A stretch of 64,000 nucleotides of DNA. It comes from Tubulanus polymorphus. Taxonomy: Eukaryota > Animalia > Nemertea. Shown here one piece after another: positions 37,801 to 52,800 of the stretch. The notes below the pieces were generated by a model. The model was not told the origin of the DNA, did no database searches, and worked only from the letters and a program-made list of their open reading frames with translations. The position numbers and the translations under genes are program-made. The stretch lies in assembly GCF_964204645.1 (NCBI RefSeq), contig NC_134025.1:8370001-8434000 (forward strand). The letters run 5' to 3'. Each line of letters opens with the position of its first letter. Positions within the stretch are counted from its first letter, which is position 1.

Positions 37801-40800
37801 CATTTATGATACGTAATGGAGGTTTCAACTGAGAACTGCATTTTGAATACATTCTTATTTTAGACAAACCTTCTCCTGTACGTAATCTGGCCATTGAAGA
37901 GGTGACTCCTGAATCTATTGAGATGAAATGGGAAGCTCCTAAGGATGATGGTGGCTCACCAATCACAGGATATGTCATCGAACAGCGCGAGTCAAACAAA
38001 TCTTCCTTTTCAAGGGATGGAACCTGTAAAGATTGTAAATACAAGTCAACTAAAGTAGCTAAGGGTAAACAATATGTGTACCAAGTATCAGCTCAAAATG
38101 ATGTTGGTTTATCGGAGCCGGTTGAGTTGAAAGGTGGAGTTGTGGCCCAACATTCTTGTAGTAAGTGATCTTTAATCATAGTCATGAGTGGATAAAGTGC
38201 TGCAAAAATGTTCATGTCTTGAAATATATTTAATTTTTGCAGATGTTCCAGGACGTCCAGAGGCACCTGAAGTTTCAGATATATTCAAAACGTCATGTGT
38301 TGTGACATGGAAGGCACCTGAAGATAATGGAGGTGCACCTATTACTGGCTATCACCTTGAGAGACGTTTGACTAGCAGCAATCGCTGGATCAAAATAAAT
38401 AAGGAACCACTGAAAGAGCTTACTCTGAATGTAACTGACCTGATGGAAAGCAATGAATATGAATTCCGTGTCAGTGCTGAGAACAAGGCTGGTGTCGGTG
38501 AGCCAAGCGCACCATCTAAGCCATTTACAGCCAAGGATCCGTGGGATAAACCAGGACCACCAGGAAAACCAAAATACAGTGATATCAAAGACACATCAAT
38601 CAAGTTAACTTGGACTCCGCCTGAGAATGATGGCGGAGCTCCAATTATTAATTATGTCATTGAATATAAATTGAAGGATGGAAAAAAATGGACTCAAGCC
38701 AATATTGATGAGAATGTAACAGAGACCACTTATACAGTCAAGAAACTAAAGACAGATTCTGAGTATGTGTTCCGCATTAGTGCTGAAAATAAAGTTGGGC
38801 GTGGACCTCCGGCTGAAAACTCCGAACCTGTAAACATTAAAGCACCATTAGGTAAATTAGTTAAGTCGTAGCTGTCTATGTGATATGATGAATTCAGTTC
38901 CATTGATGTGTATATATCAATCTGTATACCAGTATATCAATATGAATTGATTTATTTTCCAGTTGGTACTGCACCGAAGATTGTATCTGACATGAAAGAC
39001 GAGACTGTCACTGCACCAGAGGAGGCAGTACTTGAATGCGAGATTGCAGCTGGTGAACCTGCTCCTGAGGTCACTTGGTTTAAAGATGGCAAATCTATTT
39101 CTGATTCTAAGAGACACAAAATAAAATTTGACAACAAAATCGCAACATTAAAGATTTCAAACTCAGAACCTAATAAAGACTCTGGAATGTACAAATGCGA
39201 AGCGTCAAATGCTCTTGGGAGTATCAGCACATCAGCTACGCTTACTGTTTTTGGTATGTAGTATTTTGAGCACTTTTAAACCATTCAATTGGAATATTTT
39301 CTATCAATTGAAATTTAAAATTGAGAATATCTAGCTTTATTTATTAACATTTATCTTTTAATAGTTAAACCAACAATTGAATATGACAAGAAATACGAAG
39401 GTGAAAAGTTACTGAATGGAAGCAGTACATTCTCAGTGACAGTCAAAGTGTCCGGACTCCCTGAACCAACAATTGTTTGGACATTTAATGATAAACCACT
39501 GTCCACATCTGGTGATACCAAAATTGACACAAAGAAAGACATATCAGTCCTGACTGTGAAAAATGTTAATAAGAAGAGCACTGGCAAATATGTTGTATCA
39601 GCGGAAAATAAAGTTGGAAAAGCCACAGCAGAATTCCCTCTGACTGTTAAAGGTAAAGATGTTCTTTGCTTTAGGAACGGAAATTGTGCATTTACTCATT
39701 CATGTATTAAAATATTTTTTATTTGATGTTTAATTTTTAATTCTAATTTTCCTTTAGATGTTCCATCTGCACCCCGCGACTTGGTAGTGAGTAATGTTCA
39801 AAAGGAATCTGTAACATTAACTTGGTTAAAACCTGAAGATGATGGTGGTTCACCTATAACTGGATATATTATTGAGAAGCGTGATGCCAAAAAGTCAACC
39901 TGGTCAAACGCTGGTAAAACCAATGCTGGAACTTTGACACTTGATGTAACAAAACTTATTGAAGGCAATGAGTACTATTTCCGTGTGATTGCTGAAAATG
40001 ACGTAGGACAAAGCAAACCATGTGAAACGGATAAATCAGTCAAAGTAAAGAGTCCATTTGATCTTCCGGGACCTCCTAAAAATCTACGAGCTACTGATGC
40101 TTCAAAGAAATCTATCTCTATCACATGGGAGAAACCAGATTCTGATGGTGGAGCAAAAATTATTGGCTATATCGTTGAACGACGTCAAGCTCGTACCGGA
40201 CGCTGGGTTAAAATAACAAAGGAACCATTACCCGAGCTTAGTCTAACAATGACTGATGTAGTGGAAAACCAGGAATATGAAATCAAGGTTTCAGCTCAAA
40301 ACAGCGAAGGTGTGGGGCCTGCGTCAAATGCTTTGGGTCCAATCAAGGCAAAGGATGCTTTTGATGTTCCAGGTCAGCCCGGAAAACCAGCTGTAGAAAA
40401 AATAACTGCGACATCAGCAACTCTGAAGTGGAAACCGCCAACGGATGATGGGGGAAGTCCAATCATAAATTATGTTGTCGAAATGAAACTGCCAACAGAT
40501 AAGAAATGGACTGTTATCAATGTAGATATGAATGTACCCCTGCCAGAATATGAGGTTACCGGATTAAAGGTAGAGACTGATTACATCTTCCGTGTAACAG
40601 CAGAAAATAAAGCTGGTAAAGGAAAACCCTCTGAACCATCTGATGTTTCTAGATATGGTGAGTATTGATTACCCTTATCCTGAATAAATTGTATTGTGAG
40701 TAAGACTGGTGAACTGAATACCTATACCGTTTCTTTCTAACAGAACCACCGCTAGAGCTGATACGTCCACTGACTGATCAAGAGATCAAAAAGATTCCAG

Positions 40801-43800
40801 GCGCTGTAACATTCGGGTGTGAAATTTCAAAGTCAGATTTAAATGTTAAATGGTTCATTGGCGATAAAGAGATAAAATCTAGTAAGAAGTACAAGATGGA
40901 ATCTAGAGGAAAAATCTATCGTTTGATCATTAATGAAGTCAATGAAGAAGATGTTTCAGATTATTCCATGAAAATTCAAAATATTGAATCATCTGCAGCC
41001 CTGATCATTAAAAGTAAGTTTTATTTTTATCAAATTCCCTTGTGTCTGTGATATTTCACATTTGCCCTTTTCGTTGCCCTCTGATCAACAGGAGGAGGTA
41101 ATTTTTTGTTGAAAGCACTTGATACATTTTAATGACATTGATATTTTAATTCCAGTTGCACCAAAATTCTTGATGGATAAATCTTTCAAGAATAAGATCA
41201 TTATGAAAGCCAACACATCAACTGTCATCGAAATACCATTCATTGCATGTCCAATGCCTAAGATAGTATGGTCATTTAATGATGGTAAACTCGTTAATGA
41301 CAGAACAAAAGTAGAAACCATCCGTGGCATGACTGCTCTGACTCTAAGCCGAGTTATTCGTAGTGACACAGGAGAATACACTTGTAAAATACAGAATGAA
41401 CTTGGTAGTATAGATGTAACCATACAGGTCACAGTAATTGGTAAGCTAGCGATTGTTTGATACCTACATGATTTTCAACTATTGTATTCTTCTTTAGTAA
41501 TATTTCATGTTTTAAATTTACATTTCTACAGACAAACCTTCTCCTGTGCGTAATCTGGCCATTGAAGAGGTGACTCCCGAATCCATTGAGATGAAATGGG
41601 AAGCTCCTAAGGATGATGGTGGCTCACCAATCACAGGATATGTCATCGAACAGCGGGAGTCCAACAGATCCTCGTATTCAAGGGATGGAACCTGCAAAGA
41701 ATGTAAATACAAATCAACTAAAGTAGCCAAGGGTAAACAATATGTGTACCAAGTATCAGCTCAAAATGATGTTGGTTTATCGGAGCCGGTTGAGTTGAAA
41801 GGTGGAGTTGTGGCCCAACATTCTTGTAGTAAGTGATCATTATACGTACTCATGAGTGGATAAAACTGTTGTCAAAACGTTCATATCTTGAAATATATTT
41901 ACTTTTGCAGATGTTCCAGGACGTCCAGAGGCACCTGAAGTTTCAGATATATTCAAAACGTTTTGTGTTGTGACATGGAAGGCACCTGAAGATAATGGAG
42001 GTGCACCTATTACTGGCTATCACCTTGAAAGACGTTTGACTAGCAGCAATCGTTGGATCAAAATGAATAAGGAACCACTGAAAGAGCTTACTCTGAATGT
42101 AACTGACCTGATCGAAAGCAATGAATATGAATTCCGTGTAAGTGCTGAGAACAAGGCTGGTGTCGGTGAGCCAAGCACACCATCTAAACCATTTACAGCT
42201 AAGGATCCATGGGATAAACCAGGACCACCAGGAAAACCAAAATACAGTGATATCAAAGACACCTCAATCAAACTAACTTGGACTCCACCCGAGAATGATG
42301 GTGGAGCTCCAATTATCAATTATGTTATTGAATACAAATTGAAGGCTGGAAAAAAATGGACTCAAGCCAATATTGATGAGAATGTTACGGAGACCACTTA
42401 TACAGTCAAAAAACTCAAGACAGATTCTGAGTATGTGTTCCGTATAAGTGCGGAAAATAAAGTTGGGCGTGGACCTCCAGCTGAAAATTCTGAACCAGTG
42501 AACATAAAAGCACCCTTAGGTAAAATAGTTTTATCGTAGTGTGTGTGATATAATGAATTTTGTTCCGTTGATGTGTATATATCAATCGCTATACCAGTAT
42601 ATCAATATGAATTGATTTTTTTTCCAGTTGGTACTGCACCGAAGATTGTATCAGACATGAAAGATAAGACTGTCACTGCACCAGAAGAGGCAGTACTTGA
42701 ATGCGAGATTGCAGCTGGTGAACCTGCACCTGAGATCACTTGGTTTAAAGATGGCAAATCTATTTCTGATTCTAAGAGACACAAAATAAAATTTGACAAC
42801 AAAATCGCAACATTAAAGATTTCAAACTCAGAACCTAATAAAGACACAGGAATGTATAAATGCGAAGCGTCAAATGCCCTAGGTAGTGTCAGCACATCAG
42901 CTACACTTACTGTTTATGGTACGTAGTATTTTGAGCACTTTTAAACCATTCAATCGGAAGTTTTTCTATCAATAATAATTTGAAAATTGGTAATTTCTGT
43001 AGGTTTATTTATTAACATGTATCTTTTGATAGTTAAACCAACTGTTGAATATGACAAGAAATACGAAGGAGAAAAGGTACTGAATGGAAGCAGTACATTC
43101 TCAGTGACAGTCAAAGTGTCCGGACTCCCTGAACCAACAATTGTTTGGTCATTTAATGATAAACTACTGACCACATCTGGTGATATCAAAATTGACACTA
43201 AGAAAGACATATCAATCCTGACTGTGAAAAATATTAATAAGAAGAGCGCTGGCAAATATGTTGTATCAGCAGAAAACAAAGTTGGAAAAGCCACAGCAGA
43301 ATTCCCTCTGACTGTTAGAGGTAATGTTGCTCTTTGCTTTAGGAATGGAAATTGTGCATTTTCTAATTCATGTATTAAAATATTTTTCATTTGAATGTTT
43401 AATTTCTAATTCTAATTTTTCTTTAGATGTTCCATCTGCACCACGTGACTTGGTTGTGAGCAATGTTCAAAAGGAAGCTGTAACATTAACTTGGTCAAAA
43501 CCTGAAGATGATGGTGGTTCACCTATTACTGGATATATTATTGAGAAGCGTGATGCCAAAAAGTCAACCTGGTCAAACGCTGGTAAAACCAATGCTGGAA
43601 CTTTGACACTTGATGTAACAAAACTTATTGAAGGCAATGAGTACTTTTTCTGTGTGATCGCTGAAAATGACGTAGGACAAAGCCAACCATGTGAAACGGA
43701 TAAATCAGTCAAAGTAAAGAGTCCATTTGATCTTCCGGGACCTCCTAAAAATCTACGAGCTACTGATGCTTCAAAGAAATCTATCTCTATCACATGGGAG

Positions 43801-46800
43801 AAACCAGATTCTGATGGTGGAGCAAAAATTATTGGCTATATCGTTGAACGACGTCAAGCTCGTACCGGACGCTGGGTTAAAATAACAAAGGAACCATTAC
43901 CCGAGCTTAGTCTAACAATGACTGATGTGGTGGAAAACCAGGAATATGAATTCAAGGTTTCAGCTCAAAACAGCGAAGGTGTGGGGCCTTCGTCGAATAC
44001 TTTGGGCCCAATAAAGGCAAAGGATGCTTTTGATGTTCCAGGTCAGCCCGGAAAACCAGTTGTAGAAAAAATTACTGCGACATCAGCAACTCTGAAGTGG
44101 AAACCGCCAACGGATGATGGGGGAAGTCCAATCATAAATTATGTTGTCGAAATGAAACTGCCAACAGATAAGAAATGGACTGTTATCAATGTAGATATGA
44201 ATGTACCCCTGCCAGAATATGAGGTTACCGGATTTAAGTTAGAGACTGATTACATCTTCCGTGTAACAGCAGAAAATAAAGCTGGTAAAGGAAAGCCCTC
44301 TGAACCATCTGATGTTGCTAGATATGGTGAGTATTAATTACCCTTATCCTGAATAAATTGTATTGTGAGTAAGACTGGTGAACTGAATACCTATACCGTT
44401 TCTTTCTAACAGAAGCACCGCTAGAGCTGATACGTCCACTGACAGATCAAGAGATCAAAAACATTCCAGGCACTGTTTCATTCGAGTGCGAAATTTCAAA
44501 ATCAAATTTAGATGTTAAATGGTTCATTGGTGATAAAGCAATAAAATCTAGTAAGAAGTACAAGATGGAATCGAGTGGAAAGATCTATCGTTTGATTATT
44601 AATGAAGTCAATGAAGAAGATGTTTCAGATTATTCCGTGAAAGTTCAAAATATTGAATCATCTGCAGCCCTGAGCATTAAAAGTAAGTTTTATTTTCATC
44701 AAAATCCTGTGTGTCTATGACGTGTCACATTTTCTCTTTTCACTCCCCCTCTGATCAACAGGAGGTAATTTTCGTAGAATGCACTGATACTTTTTAATGA
44801 CATTGATATTTCAATTCCAGTTGCACCAAAATTCTTGATGGATAAATCTTTCAAGAATAAGATCATTATGAAAGCCAACACATCAACTGTCATCGAAATA
44901 CCATTCATAGCGTGTCCAATGCCTAAGATAGTATGGTCATTCAATGATGGTAAACTTGTTGATGAGAGAATGAAGGTAGAAACCATCCGTGGCATGACTG
45001 CTCTAACTCTAAGCCGAGTAATTCGTAGTGACACAGGAGAATTCACTTGTAAAGTACAGAATGAACTTGGTAGTATAGATGTAACCATACAGGTCACAGT
45101 AATTGGTAAGCTATCTTTTTGATACCTACCTGGTTTTCAATTGTTGTACAAGTATTTTATGTTCAATAATACTTCATGTCTCAAATCAAATTCTTTGCAG
45201 ACAAACCTTCTCCTGTGCGTAATCTGGCCATTGAAGAGGTAACTCCTGAATCCATTGAGATGAAATGGGAAGCTCCTAAGGATGATGGTGGCTCACCAAT
45301 CACAGGATATGTCATCGAACAGCGAGAGTCCAACAGATCTTCGTATACAAGGGATGGAACTTGCAAAGAATGTAAATACAAATCAACTAAAGTAGCTAAG
45401 GGTAAACAATATGTGTACCAAGTATCAGCTCAAAATGATGTTGGTTTATCGGAGCCAGTTGAGTTGAAAGGTGGAGTTGTGGCCCAACATTCTTGCAGTA
45501 AGTTATCATTATACGTACTCATGAGTGGATAAAAAAAGTTGTCAAAACGTTCATGTCTTGAAATATATTTAATTTTGCAGATGTTCCAGGACGTCCAGAG
45601 GCACCTGAAGTTTCAGATATATTCAAAACATCTTGTGTTGTGACATGGAAGGCACCTGAAGATAATGGAGGTGCACCTATTACTGGCTATCACCTTGAAA
45701 GACGTTTGACGAGCAGCAATCGTTGGATCAAAATGAATAAGGAACCACTGAAAGAGCTTACTTTGAATGTAACTGACCTGATGGAAAGCAATGAATATGA
45801 ATTCCGTGTCAGTGCCGAGAACAAGGCTGGTGTCGGTGAGCCAAGCGCACCATCTAAGCCATTCACAGCCAAGGATCCGTGGGATAAACCAGGACCACCA
45901 GGAAAACCAAAATACAGTGATATCAAAGACACTTCAATCAAACTAACTTGGACTCCACCTGAGAATGATGGCGGTGCTCCAATTATCAATTATGTTATTG
46001 AATACAAATTGAAGGATGGAAAAAAATGGACTCAAGCCAATATTGATGAGAATGTTACAGAGACCACTTATACAGTCAAGAAACTCAAGACAGATTCTGA
46101 GTATGTGTTCCGTATAAGTGCTGAAAATAAAGTTGGACGTGGACCTCCAGCTGAAAATTCTGAACCAGTGAACATAAAAGCACCATTAGGTAAATTAGTT
46201 TTATCGTAGTGTGTGTGATATAATGAATTTTGTTCCGTTGATGTGTATATATCAATACCAGTATATCAATATGACTTGATTTGTTTTCCAGTTGGTACTG
46301 CACCGAAGATTGTATCAGACATGAAAGATAAGACTGTCACTGCACCAGAAGAGGCAGTACTTGAATGTGAGATTGCAGCTGGTGAACCTGCTCCTGAGAT
46401 CACTTGGTTTAAAGATGGCAAATCTATTTCTGATTCTAAGAGACACAAAATGAAATATGACAACAAAATCGCAACATTAAAGATTTCAAACTCAGAACCT
46501 AATAAAGACACAGGAATGTATAAATGCGAAGCGTCAAATGCTCTTGGTAGTGTCAGCACATCAGCTACGCTTACTGTTTATGGTATGTAGTTTTTTTAGC
46601 ACTTTTAAACCATTCAATCGGAATATTTTCTATCAATAATAATTTGAAAATTGGTAATTTCTGTAGCTTTATTTATTAACATGTATCTTTTGATAGTTAA
46701 ACCAACTATTGAATATGACAAGAAATACGAAGGAGAAAAGGTACTGAATGGAAGCAGTACATTCTCAGTGACAGTCAAAGTGTCCGGACTCCCTGAACCA

Positions 46801-49800
46801 ACAATTGTTTGGGCATTTAATGATAAACCACTGTCCACATCTGGTGATACCAAAATTAACACAAAGAAAGACATATCAATCCTGACTGTGAAAAATATTA
46901 ATAAGAAGAGCACTGGCAAATATGTTGTATCAGCGGAAAACAAAGTTGGAAAAGCCACAGCAGAATTCCCTCTGACTGTTAAAGGTAAAGTTGCTCTTTG
47001 CTTTGGGAACGGAAATTGTACATTTTCAAATTCATGTATAAAGATACTTTTACATCTGAACATTCAATTAATTATTCTAATTTTCCATTAGATGTTCCAT
47101 CTGCACCCCATGACTTGGTAGTGAGCAATGTTCAAAAGGAGTCTGTAACATTGACTTGGTTAAAACCTGAAGATGATGGTGGTTCACCTATAACTGGATA
47201 TATTATTGAGAAGCGTGATGCCAAAAAGTCAACCTGGTCAAATGCTGGTAAAACCAATGCTGGAAATCTGACACTTGATGTAACTAAACTTATTGAAGGC
47301 AATGAGTACTATTTCCGTGTGATCGCTGAAAATGACGTAGGACAAAGCCAACCATGTGAGACGGATAAATCAGTCAGAGTAAAGAGTCCATTTGATCTTC
47401 CGGGACCTCCTAAAAATCTACGAGCTACTGATGCTTCAAAGAAATCTATCTCCATAACATGGGAAAAACCAGATTCTGATGGTGGAGCAAAAATTATTGG
47501 CTACATCGTTGAACGACGTCAAGCTCGTACCGGACGCTGGGTTAAAATGACAAAGGAACCATTACCCGAGCTTAGTCTAACAATGACTGATGTGGTGGAA
47601 AACCAGGAATATGAATTCAAGGTTTCAGCTCAAAACAGCGAAGGTGTGGGGCCTGCGTCGAATACTTTGGGCCCAATAAAGGCAAAAGACGCTTTTGATG
47701 TTCCAGGTCAGCCCGGAAAACCAGTTGTAGAAAAAATTACTGCGACATCAGCAACTCTGAAGTGGAAACCGCCAACGGATGATGGAGGAAGCCCAATTAT
47801 TAATTACGTTGTCGAAACGAAACTGCCAATGGACAGAAAATGGACTGTTATCAATGTAGATATGAATGTACCCCTGCCAGAATATGAGGTTACCGGATTA
47901 AAGGTAGAGACGGACTACATATTCCGTGTAACAGCAGAAAACAAAGCTGGAAAAGGAAAGCCCTCTGAACCATCTGATGTTGCTAGATATGGTAAGTATC
48001 AATTATCTTCATTCTGAATGAATTGTACTGTGAATAACTCTGATGAACTGAATACCTGTATTGTTTCTTTCTAACAGAAGCACCGCTAGAGCTGATACGT
48101 CCACTGACTGATCAGGAGATCAAAAAGATTCCAGGCACTGTTACATTTGAGTGTGAAATTTCAAAATTAGATTTAGATGTCAAATGGTTCATCGGTGATA
48201 AAACAATAAAATCTAGTAAGAAGTACAAGATAGAATCTAGAGGAAAGATCTATCGTTTAACCATTAATGATGTCAATGAAGAAGATGTCTCAGATTATTC
48301 GATAAAAATTCAAAATATTGAATCATCTGCAGCCCTGATCGTTAAAAGTAAGTTCATTTTACATTAAAATTCTGTGTGTCTCGGATGTTTCACATTCACT
48401 CTTTTCATTGCCCTCTGATCAACAGAAGAAAGTAATTTTTCGTAGAAAGCTCTTTTGTCATGATATTGATTTCAATTCCAGTTGCACCAAAATTCTTGAT
48501 GGATAGATCTTTCAAGAATAAGATCATTATGAAAGCCAACACATCAACTGTCATCGAAATACCATTTATAGCGTGTCCAATGCCGAAGATAACATGGGCA
48601 TTCAATAATGGTAAACTCGTTGATGAGAGAATGAAGGTAGAAACCATCCGTGGCATGACTGCTCTGACTCTAAGCCGAGTAATTCGTAGTGACACAGGAG
48701 AATACACTTGTAAAGTACAGAATGAACTTGGTAGTATAGATGTAACCATACAGGTCACAGTAATTGGTAAGCTATCTTTTTGATCCCTACCTGGTTTTCA
48801 ATTGTACAAGTATTTTATGTTCGATAATACTACATGTTTTAAATTTACAATTCTACAGACAAACCTTCTCCTGTGCGTAATTTGGCCATTGAAGAGGTAA
48901 CTCCTGAATCCATTGAGATGAAATGGGAAGCTCCTAAGGATGATGGTGGCTCACCAATCACAGGATATGTCATTGAACAGCGAGAGTCCAACAGATCTTC
49001 GTATTCAAGGGATGGAACCTGCAAAGAATGTAAATACAAATCAACTAAAGTAGCCAAGGGTAAACAATATGTGTACCAAGTATTAGCTCAAAATGATGTT
49101 GGTTTATCGGAGCCGGTTGAGTTGAAAGGTGGAGTTGTGGCCCAACATTCTTGTAGTAAGTGATCATTAACAAGGTGAAGAGTGAATAAAATGCTTTCAA
49201 AATGTTTGTGTTTTAAAATAAAATACATTTAATTTTGCAGATGTTCCAGGACGTCCAGAGGCACCTGAAGTTTCAGATATATTCAAAACGTCTTGTGTTG
49301 TGACATGGAAGGCACCTGATGATAATGGAGGTGCACCTATTACTGGCTATCACCTTGAAAGACGTTTGACGAGCAGCAATCGTTGGATCAAAATGAATAA
49401 GGAACCACTGAAAGAGCTTACTCTGAATGTAACTGACCTGATGGAAAGCAATGAATATGAATTCCGTGTCAGTGCTGAGAACAAGGCTGGTGTCGGTGAG
49501 CCAAGTGCACCATCTAAACCATTTACGGCAAAGGATCCATGGGATAAACCAGGACCACCAGGAAAACCAAAATACAGTGATATCAAAGACACCTCAATCA
49601 AACTAACTTGGACTCCACCCGAGAGTGATGGTGGAGCTCCAATTATCAACTATATCATTGAATACAGACAGAAAGAAAGCAAGAAATGGATTGAGGCTAA
49701 CAGTGGTATTAAGATCGCAGATACTACATATGTGGTAAAGAAACTCACAACAGATTTGGAGTATGTCTTCCGTATCAAAGCTGAAAACAAAGCTGGTATA

Positions 49801-52800
49801 GGACCTCCAGCAGAGAATATAGAACCTGTCAATATCAAAGAGCCACTTGGTTAGTTTTAACTGATCTAGAATGAAATGTGAGGATGTAGCTTTGTCTAAC
49901 TAATTATTGTTGTCTCTCCACTTTTTAGTTGGAACCGCTCCAAAGATTGTGTCTGATATGAAAGATAGAGATATTATTGCTCCTGAAAGCATTGCTCTGG
50001 AATGTGAAATAGTTGCTGGAAAACCTATTCCAGATATATCATGGTTTAAGGATGGCAAATCTATTTCTGATTCCAAAAGACATAAAATGAAATATGACAA
50101 CAAGATTGCGACACTAACAATATTGAATACTGAACCAAGCAAAGACACAGGAATGTATAAATGCGAAGTGTCAAATCCTCTTGGTAGTGTTAGTACATCC
50201 GCTACACTTACTGTTCATGGTAAATAACTTGACCTGCATTATATGCGCCAAGTTTTTAAAAACGTCTTTCGCATGTTTTGTTTTCCTTTGAATTTCATTT
50301 TAATATAATATCTATTTATCTTCAGCAAAACCGAATATTGAATATGATGAAAAACATAAAAGCCTTAAAGCTTTGAAAGGTGGAACTACATTGAGTATAA
50401 TGATAAAAGCAAGTGGTGTACCAGAACCAACAATTTCATGGACATTTAATGACCAATCTTTGACCACATCAGGTGATGTAAAGATTGACACAAAGAACGG
50501 AATGTCAACCTTAACAGTGAAAAATATCAACAAGAAAATGGCTGGCAAATATGTTGTGTTGGCAGAAAACAAAGTGGGAAAAGCCACAGCTGAATTTCCA
50601 CTAACTGTCAGAGGTAGTTTTGTTGTTTGAGCTATTTTGCTTAGTATCTGTAATTAATACTTTTAGCTACCTGTGGTTTGAAAATTGAATGATGTTTGTG
50701 TACAAATGATTTTAGATAAACCATCTCCTCCTCGTGATATTGAAGTGAAGGATATACAAAAGGAATCAGTCAAGTTGTCATGGAAAGTTCCAACGGATGA
50801 CGGAGGTTCTCCAATCACTGGTTACGTTGTTGAGAAACGAGATACAAAGAAATCTACTTGGTCTAGTGCTGGAAAGACAAATCCTGATACTCTCACCATT
50901 GATGTAAAGAAATTAATTGAAGGCAACGAATACTACTTCCGTGTATATGCTGAAAATGACATAGGTCCAAGTAAACCTGTAGAGACAGAAAAACCAATCA
51001 AAGCCAAAAGTCCATTTGGTAAGATAATTATTATTTCTATAAAAAGATGAAATTTGAAAAAAGAAGTTTGTGTCACAATCCTTGTATTAATCGCGTCACT
51101 TATGTTTGATTACAGATTTACCTGGGCCACCTAAAAATCTACGAGCCACCGATGCATCTAAGACAAATATCTCACTGGCGTGGGAAAAACCGGATAAAGA
51201 TGGCGGTACAAAAGTCATTGGTTACATCATAGAAAGAAGACAAGCTTTCAGTTCACGATGGGTTGCATTAAACCGAGAACCATTACCTGAACTATCTGTT
51301 GATGTTAGTGATATTACTGAAAATCAGGAATATGAGTTCCGTGTTTCAGCTCAAAATAGTGAAGGTGTTGGTCCACCATCCAATACTCTTGGCCCTATAA
51401 AAGCTAAGGATCCGTATGATGTCCCAGGAAAACCAGGCAAGCCTGAAGTACAAAAGATGACATCTGAAATGTTTTCTCTTAAATGGCAGCCACCAATGGA
51501 TGATGGTGGGAGCCCAATAATCAACTACATTATAGAAATTAAAAAATCCTCAGAATACAAGTGGACTACTGTAAACGCTGATTTCACAGTTCCTATACCC
51601 GAATATGAGATACATGGCTTGAAAATTGAAACAGACTATGTTTTCCGTGTGACTGCAGAAAACAAGGCTGGGAAGGGTCAGCCTTCAGAGCCATCAGATA
51701 TAGCTCGATACGGTTAGTAGTTTGACAAAATTTGCATTAACTGTAATTTATTTGAATAATTAAGCTAATTTCAATGAAGTTGTTATTAGAGGACACAGAA
51801 TTATTTTTAATACCTTTTTTTAGAAACACCCATTGAAATTGTGAAACCATTAGAAGACCAGGAAATTAAGAAGATTCCTGCGACAGCGAGATTTGAATGT
51901 GAAATTTCAAAAACAGGACTGGCAGTTCAGTGGTACAAAAATGACAAAATTCTCAAACCAAGTAAAAAGTATAAGATGGACAATAAAGGCAGCACATACT
52001 CTATTGTCATTAATGATATCACAGATGAAGATGATGACGAATATTCAATCAAATTCAAAGACTTAAAATCGAGTGCAAAACTCAATGTTTATGGTATGTG
52101 CTTCTGATGTGACCTTTCTGACTTTGTTTCAAATAGTCTTCTTATGCATAAATGCTTGGGATGTCGAACATTACTTTTTCAGTTTCACCACAATTCATGA
52201 TGGACAAAGAATTCAAGGACAGAATAATCATGAAAACAAATACATCAACTGTCATCGAAATTCCATTTATGGCTAGCCCCATGCCTGATGTAACATGGTC
52301 ATTCAATGATGGTAAACTTGTTGATAAGCGAATGAAAGTGGAAACCATCCGTGGCATGACTGCTCTGACTCTAAACCGAGTTCTCCGCAGTGACACTGGA
52401 GAATACACTTGTAAAGTGAAGAATAAGTGTGGTAGCACCAGTGTCACAATCCATGTTAAGGTTATTGGTAAGTATCATGTGAATCTTAACCATCCAGATT
52501 TAAATAGATATTGATTTCTTAGATTGTAAATGAGAATGAAGTATTGAGATTGTTAATGTTGTTGGAATATTTATAGACAAACCATCGCCAATAAGAAACT
52601 TGACCCTCGGTGATGTTACCCCGGAATCTGCTGAGCTTAAGTGGGACTTGCCTAAAGATGATGGTGATTCGGAAGTAACAGCATATATCATTGAAAAGCG
52701 AGATATAAAACGAGGAACATATGTGAAAGATGGCACTACTAAGATCTGTGAATATAAAGCTGTCAAATTGTTCAAGGGTACACAGTACATGTTCCAAGTT

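Larger units (their letters stand above)
37864..49650 (+). repeat. Young ~3.67-kb genomic tandem repeat (exons plus introns), ~3.2 copies
   Basis: FnF exon DKPSPVRNLAIEEVTPESIEM starts at 37864, 41532, 45201 and 48859. Introns align between copies, e.g. 38852-38962 vs 42520-42627 vs 46190-46291. Confidence 0.92.
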
